Position numbers and translations under genes: made by a program. Source: Lama guanicoe (lineage: Eukaryota). Taken from it: a DNA stretch of 64,000 bases. The notes under the pieces are model-generated. The model did not search any database and was not told where the DNA came from. It saw only the letters and a list, made by a program, of their open reading frames with translations. The stretch is from the NCBI GenBank assembly GCA_013239625.1, contig MU054391.1, positions 8,589,095 to 8,653,094 on the forward strand. Direction: 5' to 3'. Of this stretch, positions 14,213 to 27,972 are shown piece after piece (the stretch's first letter is position 1; each line of letters begins with the position of its first letter).

Positions 14213-17038
14213 TTGTTTAGGGAATATAAGCAAAATAATTTAAAAGTGAAAAAGAATGAGCATATTTTAAAACTCAATTGTTTGACCTAAGAAGTCAATT
14301 ATTTGGACTATTCAGGCTTTTCTTTACAAAACTCAACTCACAAGATAAAGGAAGTTGAGTGCACATCATTTTACATTTATGTCCATCAATTTTACCATCT
14401 TTTCTTAATGCAAGTTAATAGACGTTATTAAGCACCTAAATTTTTATAAGCCCCATATCAGACTCTAGGAATAGGATATGATAAATTCTTCAATGGATCT
14501 ACTCATGTCTATTGTGTAATTTATCTTTATCTTAACATGTGAGAATAAATTAAGAAACTTTTGATGATTAAAAATAAAAACAAAACACTCCTGTAAATGT
14601 TATAAAAGCATAGATGTAAATGCCTAGTGAGTTTTCACAGAAAGAATCATAATATCCTCCTGTCTGTTTAATGAGAAAAGCTCTGTCAAACCTGATCCCA
14701 ATTAGAAGTGACTGTTCCTGCCCACTGGAAGAATTATAATTCTCATTCCTTCACCACAGCACAGCAGAAAGTCTAGTGCATAAAAATAGACAGCATGTTC
14801 AGGGGAAGGGAGAGGGAAAGACAGAGACAGGCAGAGACAGATACCAAGACCTGCAGACCGCCGTGACACCTGCCAAGGTCTGAAGAGCAGCCAGCAAATA
14901 AACCTTCACAGTAGAGTAGCGTCAGGTAAAATTTAAGAAAATTTTTAAGTACAAACTGACATTTAAGAAAATCACAGAGTTGATTTTCTAGGGCAGATAC
15001 CACGTGGCACACGGATCAGGGTCAGTAGAACGTGGAGGGAGAGGGACTGATCCAGGATGTTCTTCTGGCCGCGTGGACCAAAGATCCTCCTGGCCCTTCA
15101 GGCGACTTTGAAGTTTGTGTAGATTGTTATATGTCAGTGCATCTGTGTGTGTCCGTAGGTAGATAAATAGACAGTCCTATACCATCTTCATTCTGTGGTT
15201 CAGTGAGTTTATTTCTCATGAATCTTTCTATGCTTTATAAAATCCTGAAAAGGCGTATCAAACCTGAACATGGACTGGACCTACTCCATCAGAGTCAAGA
15301 ATCGGGTGAGAGAAATTAGGTAGATCTTAAATCACGCTCATAATAAGATAAAGTTTGTTCCTCTCTAAATGTGCTACACATTCTATTTTAGCTTAACAAA
15401 TGCCTTTTCTCATATTCTGTTATGTATAATTCAGATTCTCTGGCTCTTAAAACATCTATTCTCAGTGACTTTCCTACCAATTTATTTTTGTTGATTTGTT
15501 TCATGAGAAGTTGTTCTATTTCTGAATTTCTATCTTTGTGGGAGGATAGCTAATACCATCCTGTCCACACAGGGTAAGTTGGATAAGACATATGTGATTT
15601 GTTTATGAAATGGAAAATACCTTGTCCTATGAGGCTTGAATGGAGCACCTAAAATTGGCATTCATGCAGTTTAACAGCAGCCATTCCCTGCTTGAGGCAA
15701 TATATAGTTTATTTCTCTTTCATTCTTGGTGGCCAGCGCTACTTAGGGACACTTCCTGGGGAACGGTGGCCATTAATATAAATCTGAAGCCAGAGAAAAG
15801 AGGAACATGGAAAAGTCCCATGCTGTGCCAGCACGCTCTGACAGACCTTTGTGATTTAGCATCCTTCCCTGACAGGATGAATTATAATTAAATCACAGAC
15901 ATATGGAAGGCAGCTGAATGTCATCTGAGCTGTGTACTAGGGAGGAGGAGGTATGAAAATAAAGAAGAGGAAGAGAGTTTCTAAAGCCATCGTCAGAAGA
16001 AGAAATGATAGGACAGCGCTGCGGGTGGATGCTGGTGAACTGTCGGTCCAGAGAGAATGGTGTCACATAAGAACAGACTCTTTCCAAGACATTGGCATCT
16101 TGCCACCCCTCCATAGGTGTGCACCCCGACAACGGCTCAGCCTGCATGGCCCTCCGCTGCCTGATCTGTTTACTGGAGCAGGGACTTTACATGACTCAGA
16201 GAGCCATATCCCTCAACTCTCGATTTCCAGCTGAATGCAATCCGGAGGTCAAACGCTGAAGCTGCCCCTCTTAGGCAGGAGGGGATGGCATTCCACAGAA
16301 AGTGTCACCCTGGGAAGAAGGGAAGAAGGGACATGGAGTGGTGTCAGGAGTGATAGTGGCCGATGATCTGACTTAGCTACACAAAACCTCTCATATCTCC
16401 TTCTTTGCTTTCTTCTGTCAACAAAGGTTATAGTCAGATATTACTCAGTTTTCCAACCTACCTTGTCGCCATTTTGGGCTGATAAGTTGAAAGTGGAATT
16501 ACTGGGGAAATGTTCGCTACTGAGGAAGGGGGAAACCTCAAGGCCTCTTTGACTGTTTTGTGCCTTTGCCTTTGCCCTGCCTGCCTGGGTAGAGGGGGTG
16601 AGCACTGGGGTCGAGCACTCGTTTTTGACCATCAGATATGATGATAAATTTGACTGACTGGAAAACACAAAGGCATGGATCTACAAAACCATAAATGAGT
16701 GCCTGCCCATGTCCTGGGCTGGAGATAAATAAATTCTTAAATTGCTTCTCACTGCCATTAAAAAAACATCCTTTTCAGAGCTAAGCATGCTCTAAAAACA
16801 CCAAGTGCCCAATCAGGGCCTTTCTCCACTTAAGATCATGCTGGCATCTTTCCCTACACTGAATTTATCAGGATTTTTCTCACCTTGCAGTTTTCACGTG
16901 TGATTTTCTTGGCCAGAGCACTTTTTTCTCTATTTTTGGCCTGGTAACTACTACCCAATTTTCACGCTTCACCTAAAGTTCCACTTACTCAAAGAAGTCT
17001 TGCATGCACCCTGTTTTAAACAGGCAAAATTTTAATTA

Positions 17039-17518
17039 CAGGCATGCCTCAGAGATACTGTGAGTTTGGGTCCACACGTCTGTAATATAGTGAATATCAC
17101 AATAAAGCGAGTCACACAAATGTTCTGGTTTCCCAGTGCATATAAAAGTTATGTTTATACTGCACTGTAGTCTATTCAGTGTGCAACACAGCATTAGGTC
17201 TAAAAAAACATACATACCTTAATTAAAAAAATACTTTATTCCTAAAAACTGCTAACCCTCATTCAAGCCTTCAGTGAGTCATAATCTTTTTGCGATAGTA
17301 TCTTCAAAGATCGCTGATCACAATCACCATAACAAATATAATAATAATGAATTCTGAGAATTACCAGTGTGTGTCACAGAGACACGAAGTGAGCAAAGGC
17401 TGTTGGAAAAATGGCAAAGACAGATTTGCTCGATGTAGAGTTGCCACAAGCATTTTATTTGTAAGACACCCAATATCCGTGAGGCAGAAGACAAAGCACA
17501 ATAAAACAAGCACACCCG
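17039..17518 (-). mobile_element. Internally deleted Tigger1 DNA transposon (Tigger1a-like)
   Basis: Both Tigger1 ends recognisable (CAGGCATGCCTCAGAGATACTG...; ...GCACAATAAAACAAGCACACCCG); flanked by TA at 17037-38 and 17519-20. Confidence 0.85.
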
Positions 17519-17547
17519 TATACATTTATTTATGTGTTCATTTCTTT

Positions 17548-17821
17548 TTTTTAACATTTTTTATTGATTTTTAATCATTTTACAATGTTGTGTCAAATTC
17601 CAGTGTTCAGCACAATTTTTCAGTCATTCATGGACATATACACACTCATTGTCACATTTTTTTCTCTGTGATTTATCATAACATTTTGTGTATATTTCCC
17701 TGTGCTATACAGTGTAATCTTGTTTATCTATTCTACAATTTTGAAATCCCAGTCTATCCCTTCCCACCCTCTACCCCCCTGGTAACCACAAGTCTGTATT
17801 CTCTGTCCATGAGTCTTTAGA
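17548..17821 (-). mobile_element. Young 5'-truncated L1 3' end (camelid-type) with TSD
   Basis: TTTTTTATTGATTTTTAATCATTTTACAATGTTGTGTCAAATTCCAGTG...; 18-bp TSD TTATGTG(T/C)TCATTTCTTT at 17530-17547 and 17822-17839; TTT/AAAG endonuclease-type site. Confidence 0.9.
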
Positions 17822-19039
17822 TTATGTGCTCATTTCTTTAAAGTCAGTTTTCCCTGCTAGGCTTCAAGTTCCTCTTGTTACATTTCACCATCTCCAGCAG
17901 TTCCCACATCACCTGACACATAGTATAGACACTCAATAATTAGTTGCAGAAGGAGTGAGTAAAGGAAACAAAACATGAATGAGTTTTCTTTTTAGACATG
18001 CGACTTTATGGCCTCCTGACACTGAAATACAATTTCAGTGGGAAAGAGATATCATCAGACGAGAAGTTTAACCACTAAATATACTAGTATTTTTTTAACT
18101 TAAATTTTCTTCCTTCCACTCCCAGAGGAGGTAGTGTTTCTCCTCTGTTAATGGTCAGTCTCTCTACTTGTTCTTTGGATTTCACGTCTTCTCATGTTCT
18201 CAGGGATCTTATTCTTTCAGTTATTGGAATAAAAATATCACCTCTGGGGGCTGAAATCAAGGAAGGGATAATTAAATCTAAAATGACTAAAAAGAGGTGT
18301 GTGAGTTCAATTCTACTTTTGTTTGCTAGCTTCATCTGTACCTAAAAGAGTTAGAGTCAATAATTCTTATCCAGAGTCAAAAATTTAAAACTTCTCCCCA
18401 TGTAGCTGAATTTCCCCGATTACCAATGCATAGATGTGTTTATTATTTTGGCTATCATGTGGAAAATACTGCTTTGTCTTAGTTATTTATTTATAACCTT
18501 CATGAGGATCATGCTAAAATAAATTAATTTTCAAATCAAAGCTAAAATCAGTCTGTTTTAACTTGCTTTGCTAGCATGTGTGTAGTACATTACAACTGAA
18601 TGAGCCTGAGTGAGTGGAAGATTATGGTGAAAATGTGCCACCGTACCTCCATTGTTCTCTTCCATTTTCCTCTTCTTTCTGCCGTATTAGGCAAAAACTC
18701 ATTTGGAACACAAAGTGTCCTAGACCACTGCGGTAGCCATGCTGGTCTTTTTATCTTCTTAGATAAAAAGCTTCAACTGAAAAGTTGAAAGATTTCATCA
18801 GGTGAGAAATGCCCAGAATAGACTCTTTAATGAGTCTAAGATTTATTTTCCATATTTCTTGAATATTTGAAATGTTATTAAATGCTCAGATGATTTATTT
18901 TTTGAAATTTAGATTGCTGATGAGCTGATACAGAAATGGAGAATTAATTATGTAATCATTTAGATATAGTTTTCCCCACAGAACTAGATTGGACACTTGC
19001 GACCGTGCCTTACTCATTTCTTAATTTTTTCATCATTTT

Positions 19040-19290
19040 CAAAGCTAATCTTAATTGAACACTTACTTTGTACCCTAGTCTTTATGAAGTGCTTTACATT
19101 ATGTTTTATATTTTATATTAGTCATTGTAATAATTCATAGTCTCTATAACAGTATATTACTAAGAGACAAAAATATTTTAACACCTTGCCAGCTTACAGA
19201 GCTAAGTAATGGCAGACCTGAGCTTATGAACCCAGTTCACTCTGATCACAAAACTGGACTTCTAGTTTACACTACTATTATATAATACTC
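19040..19290 (-). mobile_element. MIR SINE
   Basis: TTGAACACTTACTTTGTACC...ACAGAGCTAAGTAATGGCAGACCTGAG...GAACCCAG. Confidence 0.65.
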
Positions 19291-20639
19291 CATCTCGTAG
19301 TTTTGAAAAAAATTAAATGTGATGTAATGTTTGAGACATAATTGACTAAAGTTTGCCTTTTTCATGGAAACAATAGAATAAAATTATACTTCAGGAATGC
19401 ATACTATAGCCAAAAAATTCAGTGTGTCAAATAAGTACATTGCTTTAGAAATTATTTCAAGCTTTTGATGGCTTCTGTTTCATTCAGGGAATGGCACTGG
19501 TATAGAAGGGTTCAATAGCATGTCATTCAAAACAGAATTTATGGTCCAATAATTAAGCTACAACCACTTTAAGTCCTTGTTGGAATCAAGTGAGCTCTAA
19601 ATAAATCTTTATTTGATATGCAGCCCAGAGGATATCACCAACAATAGTGTGAAGTAAAACTGATATGCAAAGAAAACTGGACTATCTCAAGCTCCCTAGG
19701 TTGCTGTGAAGGACTCTGCCATCTCCAAGCACACAGCAGCCTATAGAATTCATTGTCTCAATTACAATTTCCGCATGAAACTGTAGCATTTTCCATTAGA
19801 TTTTCTTTTAAAATTACGGATGAGTTCATCTTGGGAAGATGATCATACTGAATCTTAAAATAATATTTTGTGATGCATAAATTCATAAAACCCACTTGTT
19901 AAAATGTAAAAATTAGTAGCATGTTGGGATTACTGATCATTAAAGAGTCTACAAAATATACATATTAAAAAGTCAAGTCCTTTTGAAATTAAAAAAAACC
20001 CCTCAATTTTATGCAAGGCAAATAAATGCATTCAGAATATTACTCATCTTTCATCAGAATTGTTTCCCTGGAATTTGGACGAGAGGACCTCCCTCCCGCC
20101 TGCTTTAACAGATACATAATTAAAGTTACATCATCAAGGGAGTAGGTCTTGTTCATTTAAATTGCTTTTAACAGTTTTATTGAGGTATCTTTTACATGTA
20201 GTTTTATATCTACAATTCAATGATTTTCAGTAAATAGAGTTCTTCAACAATTACTACAGCCATGAATACAGACTTAAGCTAGGTCCTCTTATTTTTTTGT
20301 GAAATAAATCCAGAGACAAAAAAAATTCCATCAATCATATACTTATGAATTCATAATAATTTATATATGACATATTTAATACATGAAGATATTGAGATGG
20401 GTATTGGGACAAAAGATACAATAATCAACAAACATAATGGCAGTCAACAATAAAAGAATTCTTCCTATGTCATGGACACCATTCTAAGTGTGTTATATTT
20501 GTTAATGCTTTTGCTTCTCACAACAACCCAAGATGTTTGAATAAACTGATCACAAAGCATTTGAAAAATTTGACTGTAGTCACCCAATTGATAAATGATG
20601 TCATAGAGTATTGTCACTACATTCAGTAACCCTTCTGCA

Positions 20640-21300
20640 CAAAATTGAAACTAAAAATAAATCTTTGCTACCCATGTCCCTCTGTAGCTAAAGCTCAATT
20701 TTCCTGCACTTCTGCAGAGACAGAGGCAGAGACAAACAGTATGTATCTGCATCTTCATCTCTGATTTCATCTTTAACCACCTCGAAATACGTTCCATCCC
20801 TATTACTTGGCTGAAATTGCTTCATCTGAGATATCAGGGCCTGTGTGTAATCAAATGCAGTAGGCAACTCTCAGGAACATTCTGTACATTTACAACTCTT
20901 TTCTTTAATGACGTCTTATCTTGGATTCCATAATACCATAATGTATTGGTTTTAGTTCTATACCTGCTTCCTGTGGGTCTCTTTTATTCTAGGCTTCTCT
21001 TATGCAACCGCTGAATGCTTTCGGTCCCCAAGAATCTGTCTTTAGCTTCTTATTTCCTTCTCGTTCTAAACTTTCTCCCTGGGCGATCTGCAAATTTTGA
21101 AGGACAATTCTTACACCATTGAAATCTGCTTTCCTATGTATACATGTGATCTATCCATCCTTAAAACTCATCTATTTGGCATTTCTTTTTTGGATGTGTA
21201 ATATCATCTCAATCTTGATGTAACAAAACAGAACTCTTTTTTTTTTTTTGCACTTCACCAACCGCAGACGCATTTTTCTTCATTTAGACTTCAAGTTTCC
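20640..21300 (+). mobile_element. L2 LINE fragment
   Basis: Pyrimidine-rich L2 body motifs (TTTCTCCCTGGGCGATCT, TTGGATGTGTAATATCATCTCAATCTTGATGTAACAAAACAGAACTC). Confidence 0.6.
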
Positions 21301-21384
21301 ATGTGTATTCCTCTGCTAAATGACATGTCTGAAAAATCATTCCACCCCTTGCCCACTTCTTTTTCTCTCTCCAAAAAGAAACAA

Positions 21385-21705
21385 ACTACCATGCTGTGAA
21401 CTGCCTGAGGCTGCCAGGAGCAGAAAGCTAGCATTGTAACATCAACAAAAACAACTCAATCCTACAGCCACAAGGAGTTGAATTCAGCCAACAATCTGAA
21501 TGAGGTTGGAAGGGGACTTCAAGCTCCAAATGAGAACCATAGCCCAGGTGACATTTCATTTCTGTCTTTTATGAGACTGGTGCAGAGGACCCAGCTCAAC
21601 CACACCTGGACTCCTGACCCACCAAAACCGTGAGATAGTAAATTAGTATTGTTTTATGCCAGTAACTTTGTGGTCATTTGTTACATGGCAACAGAGAACT
21701 AAACA
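21385..21705 (+). mobile_element. MaLR LTR (MLT1E/F-like)
   Basis: CTACAGCCACAAGGAGTTGAATTCAGCCAACAATCTGAATGAG...TTTGTGGTCATTTGTTACATGGCAACAGAGAACTAAACA. Confidence 0.85.
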
Positions 21706-24089
21706 ACTACTGCCTTTCCTCAGTGTTTTTTAAAATATATTCTGAGTATCTCTCATCAATATTTTTCCTGTGGCTACTACTGATCTCACTTCATTACTTC
21801 TAACTACTATTCTCTGAGTGTCTCCTCTACCTTATGTATTTTTCAGATATTTTTCTAATAGTTATTAGATTGAAGTAAACTAGTTTCCACCATACTAACA
21901 AAAATAATCACATTTTAATAGCTATAATTCCTACTTACTCAGCTGTCAAAAAGTTCCTCATCTCACATTTTCCTTCAGATAGTTTTGAACAGCCCTCAGG
22001 TTCTCAGGTCTCTGAGTTTTTACTGCTCCAGCGTCCTCATCAGGCCACCACATTATGCCTCTGATGCTGGGGAACTCTGTGTGATTTTTTCCCACAATGG
22101 CTCAAGTTTTCTTCTACTAGTTGCCACCACTGCCAGTGCCCCTGTGGACTTGGAGAAAGATGGTCCAATCCAAAATTTGCCACTCAATTCAAATTTTGGA
22201 GTTGATCCATCCATAATTGCTTCTACGACAACTTAGAAAAAGTTGTATGTGCTAAAATATTCTACTGAAATTTTAGAAAATGGAAAAGAAAGACCATAAA
22301 ATAGCATACAAATACAATCCAGGCTCAACATGGAATTAATTATTTTGATAAGTCAGCTTCTAAATCTTTAAACTGCTACCCTAAATCACATGGTGTTGTT
22401 TTCCCCAACTTCCATGCATAATTCTTTCTTTATGAATTTTGTGTTTGTTAGTGGTATTTTTAAATCATAGAAATCAAATTTGAAATAACTTAAATCAAAA
22501 AGGGATCATACCAAGATGTCTGAAGAAATCCAGTAACAAGAACAAAGCCTTAGGAATAAATGGAAACAGAAATTCAGTACCCTCAGTTCTCTGGATAATT
22601 CTGCTTTGTGCATATGCTTTGTTCTTTACTTTCTGTCTGAGAGTAGCCTTCCTCCCCGTCTTTAGCTTGGGCAGTGGAAACGTGGCTGATGGAGACTCCT
22701 GAATTCTACATGATAAAGCATGATAAAGCTTCAGGCACTCCTGGGGAGACTAATTTCCTTTCTCAGTTTCAATTCCAGATTCCAAAACATCAATACCAGT
22801 TTCTCTAGAATTAGGTCTATTCCCATCTATGAACAATTCAAATAAGCAATGTTGTGCCATAATCATGAATTATTCAACTCTGGCATGATTTAATATGTTA
22901 ACATTCACAGTAACCATGTAGATTGTGTGTATGTGTGCGTGTGTGGGTGTGTGTATGGACATATGTGTGCTTGTAAAGACAGGTGGTGGTGAGAAGAAAC
23001 TTTTCATTTCCCAGAACAATGTGGACCAGGTTTCAGAAATTCTATGATTAGCAGTACTGATGTACTACACAGAGTGGGCCAAACAATCACTATAACTAAC
23101 CCGTAACATATAGACTCACCTCAGATTTGGCCTCTTCTTTCATTATAAGAAACTAACCAGAAAGTACTAAAGACATACCTTTTATTGGGCACCAGACATC
23201 TGTGAGAACTTCAATCCACAGAATTTACTGACTTCAGTTCACTTAAAAACAATTATTAGGTACTTGCTAGACTCTGTGTTGAGGTCTAAAATATAGGGAC
23301 AATTAAAAAACAGTTCTTACCATGAGCATCCAGCCTAGAAATGGGGGCAGGTACATAATGGATATTTCAGTGCAGTGGACTAGGGAGGAAAGCTCAAAGT
23401 GCAGTCAAGAAGCAAATAAAAGAGCTATCAAATCTGCATGGGTGGTTCAGTAATGATTTCCTAGACCAGAATGTGAGTTGACTCAGGTTTACCTCCGGAA
23501 AAAAAGCCAGAAAAAAACAAGTTCAAGAAATTGGACATTACAGGTCAAACAAAATAGTGTGCAAAGGCACAGAGATATCAGAGAGCATATGAATTTAGCA
23601 TTTACTTACACCAATATTGGTTTTATTAAATACACTTTCTATCAAAGTAGTACATACAGGAAGTTTAAAGATTCAATTAGTTCAACAAGGCTGATTATGA
23701 AAACAACAGCTAGTCCTAACCATTTCACTCTCTACAGAGGCAAATACTGAAAACTCTTTTAGCTAGTTCTGTAGTGTTTACCTCCATATTGATAAATAAC
23801 AGGCTTAGGTAACCACTTATGGATTTTTCAGTATTACCCTTTATCTATTGACTTCCCAGATAGAAGATGAAAATTTAACTTTCCTTTAACACCTGGACAC
23901 ACCCATCCTCATCATTCTTTCTCTCTCTCTCACGTACACACACACACACAGAGTCCATCTTCCTAACATAATTATACTTTTTGTTAAAACAAAGTTATGT
24001 TAACAATCTGACTATTAAATATAGTATATTTTGGTTATTATTTTCCTCAAAATGTTGTTATATTTCCCCTTAGAGCTTTTAATAACTGA

Positions 24090-24290
24090 TAAATAAATAT
24101 CTGTATACTCATTTAATATTCACAAGAATACTATGAGGTGGTAGTATTATGCCTAATTTATAGATGAAGAAACTAAAGCTCAATAAATTGACCAAGGTCA
24201 TATGGTTGGAAAATGTTAGAGTGATTTGAATTCAAGGATTTTAGCACTAACATCTAGTTGTGCATTTAACCATTATTTTATGATGATTCT
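24090..24290 (-). mobile_element. MIR SINE
   Basis: Core motif TTTATAGATGAAGAAACTAAAGCTCA. Confidence 0.75.
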
Positions 24291-25229
24291 CGGTTATAAT
24301 AACTTTTTCTGATATTGTTGTTATTGACTTAACTATACGGCTTATGACATGGTTACTCTAAATTCTCCCCCTATTGTGTAAATCCTTTCTCTGTACATTC
24401 AAATCCACAGTGTGTCCTATACATTGTATCTTCTGACTGGAACTTTCTCACTGGCTTCAATCAAGACTGGTGGTTCTTGAGTTTTCCATGTCTATTGCTC
24501 TTAGTTTCCAAGAATTCTTCTGTTTTCTAAGTGTCTTTACTTAAAGCAACTTGTCCCCATTTCACAGAAACTGCATTTTTAAAAATGTCTTCTTCTGAGT
24601 GGTTCCTCTTTCCACCAACAGTTAATATTATTATTTTGGGGGGTTTATTCTGTATCATTCCTATTAGAGCCTGATGATCTGTGGCTATCGCCTCACATTT
24701 AAATGAAACATCTGAAAGCTACTTGGAAGTTCTGTACAGGAGAGCCTTTCTTCTATGGTCTTTACTAACACATGACCTCCTTAAAGGTTTCCGCACAGAA
24801 ACTGATGCCAATGCCTTATCATGTGTTCTGCTTCTGGAAGAACTCAAATCCTTTACACATCATATAAACCCTCATGTAATCACCTGGCTTTTAGAATGAT
24901 ATCACCTCCTCAATGTTACACCTTTTGAAAATTTCCTCCAAAGGGTTACCATTCTGTCTTCTGTCGCAGTGGAACTGTAGTTGCTTGTTTACATGATGTC
25001 AGGGGAAGGAATCTGTGAGTCTTACTCCGTCTTAACCGTCTCTGAGTTTTTTAATTTTTGGTGCACCCTCACACTTCTGCTTTCAGAGGTAGCTGACGCC
25101 AACAGTCTTGAACCTTTGGGGGAATCCTGCGATGTGCGTAGAATTGTTCCTCAGAATTCTCACTTCGAGCTTGGGATTCAGTTTTCTCCAGCTTTGTAAG
25201 TCAGTCACTACCATCCTGCATCCATCCAT

Positions 25230-27130
25230 ATCTTATAATTCTTAGGAAAATATATACCAGATATCCACGTGTGTAAATCAATTGATCATTTTTTTATTGC
25301 TAAATTTCATGGATGCATCATAATTTATTTACTTGTTGAAGGAAATCTGGATTGCTCCATTTTTTTGTCACTATGAATAAAGCTGCTATAAATATGCATA
25401 TATGTTTTCATGTAAACATAGATTTTAAGTTTACTTGGAGGAATGGATTACATAGAAGTGTAAACCTTGGGTTGTATGATAAGTCTGTGTTTAACTTTAC
25501 CAGAAGCTTCCAAAGTGGCTGTGTTTCGTTTTGCATTTTCACCAGCAATGAATGAGAGTTTTTGTTATTCTGTATTCTTCTAAGTATTTGGTACCGTCAT
25601 TAAAGAAAAAAAAACAAACTGCCATTCTTATAGGTGTGTAGTGATATCCAGTTATTTTAATTTGCATTTTCATTAAGACAAATGATGATATCTTTCTAAA
25701 TGCCATTTTTTGTCTGCATACCATATTTTTGAAATGTCTGTTCAGAACTTTTATCATGTTTTTATTAGAGTGTTTTCTTATTGTTGAATTTTAAAATTTT
25801 AAATATATTCTGGATGTGAGGTCTCTGTCAGATAATGTGATTTTCTCCCAATCTGTGGCTTATATTTTCATACTCTCAATAGTGGCTTTCTCAAAACATT
25901 AGTTTTTCATTTGATAAATCCAATTAATCATTTTTTTTTTCTTGCATGGATCATCCTTTTGGTGGTATATCTGGAAACTAATGGTCAAACCAAAGGTCAC
26001 AGATTTTTTCTATTGCATTTTATTCTAGAAGTTTAGTAATTATTTATTTTACATTTAGTTCAATGCACTCATTTTAATTATATTTTTTTCTCGAAGATAT
26101 AGGTTATATGTAGAGTCTCTTTTTCCTATTTTTTAAATTATACATCCTATTGTTTCAGCTTCTTTTGTTAAAATCTCTCTTCTTTCTCCATTTAATTACT
26201 TTTTCATCTTTATCAAAATTCAGTTGCCTAAGTGTGTGTTTGATTATTTTAGGACTGTCATATTCCATTGCTCTGTGTATCTATCTGTGTTCAATATCAC
26301 AGTTTCTTGATTCTTTTAATTTTATATTAAGCAACGGAATCAGGTAATTTGATTCCCTCTGAACTTAGTTTTCCTTCTAAGAAGTATTTTAGCTATTCTA
26401 CCTTTGCTTTTCTATGTAAATTTTAGAATCAAATTCTCTATATTTAAGAAAAAAATCTTCCGAGGGTTGTGGTTGAGACTGCACTGAATTTATATAACAA
26501 ATGGAAAAAATGGCGTCTTAACAATGTTGAGATTTCTAATCTATGAACATGTTATATATCTCCACTTATTTAGATCTTTATTGATTTCTTTCATCAGTGT
26601 TTTGTGGCTTTTTGCACACGATTTCTGCACATATTTTGTTAGCTTACTGTGTAAATACTTACTATTTTCTATTGTAAATGATACTGTATTCAAATCCTTA
26701 TTGCTAGGATATAAAGATAGTATATGAAGACTTTTATATATTACCCCTATTTCTGTAACCTTGCTAAGCACACTTAAATTGTTAAATATATTGGCTACAT
26801 TTTTTAAAATAGCCTCTTAACTTTCAGATATCTGCATGATCTATGATGATGTCACCCTTTCTATTCCTTCTTAGGTTTTATAATTTTATTAACCTTTTCA
26901 ATGAATTAACTTCTAACTTAGTTTCTCAGTTGAACATTGGTTTCCTGTTTTCTTGACTTCTATTCTCATCTCGATAATTCTTTCTACATTGTTAGGATTT
27001 GATATATCTTTTTTTGAGCTTTCATATTTTCAGTGTTTATTCTTTCTAATGTATGCATTGAAGGCTATGAATTTCCTGCTAAACACCATTTTAGCTGAAT
27101 CCCATGAATTTGGTTTACCATATTGTGAGT
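25230..27130 (-). mobile_element. Old L1 ORF2/3' remnant
   Basis: CTATGAATAAAGCTGCTATAAAT, TTCCAAAGTGGCTGT, CATTTTCACCAGCAATGAATGAGAGTT, TTTCTAATCTATGAACATG; heavily decayed. Confidence 0.85.
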
Positions 27131-27429
27131 TAATTTTTACATACATATTAAAATCCAAATGTCAAGCTAGGTTTATGAATCCTCCCAGTGTATGAGTTAT
27201 CTTGACTAACGATATAAATTTGAAAGTCACCATCATAAGAATGTTAATTAAAGTCATGAGAATAAATGAGTTTTGTATGTTCAGATAGAGATTATTTGAA
27301 AAGATTCAGCCCTGAGGAATTCCAGTGTCAAAAGTCAAGGATGTCAGAGGAACCAGCAAAAAAAGTCTCAGAATGAATGACCAGTAATGTAAACCAGAAA
27401 AGTTTACACTTCTAGTTTTGACTAGAAGC

Positions 27430-27516
27430 TTAGTTGTGATTTTTTTTTTAGTTGTGATTTTTTTTTTAGTTGTGATTTTTTTTTTAGTTGTGATTTTTTT
27501 TTCAGTTGTGATTTTT
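27430..27516. repeat. 18-bp minisatellite AGTTGTGA(T)10, about 5 copies
   Basis: Units start at 27432, 27450, 27468, 27486 and 27504. Confidence 0.95.
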
Positions 27517-27559
27517 AAAAATGAAACTTCATTACTTTTTTTTTTAATCAAAAAGTTGA

Positions 27560-27972
27560 TTCTGTATTTCCTCAGCTTGTATCTGTGTTGGATCTGTAAC
27601 TTGGTTTGACTAATAGAATTTAGCAAAATTTCTTATGTCTAGCTTTTGAAGATCAGTTTAAAAAGAGTAAGTATTTTCATGGTCTATAAGTGCTTAATTC
27701 TGGACCATTGACTTGAGACTCTGATTTGTGAGAATGCCCAGCGAGGTGCCTAGAGAAGCCCTGCGGAAGAGACTTGAGGCACCCTAGCCATAGTCCTCTT
27801 TGTGTTCATCTCACAGCTAATACGTCAGCGTAACTCAGCTCCATGGAAGACCCCAGGTGAGATCACCAGAAAACCCACCGTATTAAACCATAAAATCTTA
27901 AAAGAAATAAATATTTTTCGATTTTTGAGTCACTGAGTTTTGGGCTTTTTTTTCTGACACAAGTAAATAACT
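27560..27972 (+). mobile_element. MaLR LTR (MLT1-type)
   Basis: CTGTAACTTGGTTTGACTAATAGAAT...AATAAA...TTTTGAGTCACTGAGTTTTGGG...AAATAACT. Confidence 0.65.

Noticed and set aside
27306..27626. ORFs with KKITTK / LVVIFF repeats
   Set aside because: Translation of the 18-bp minisatellite
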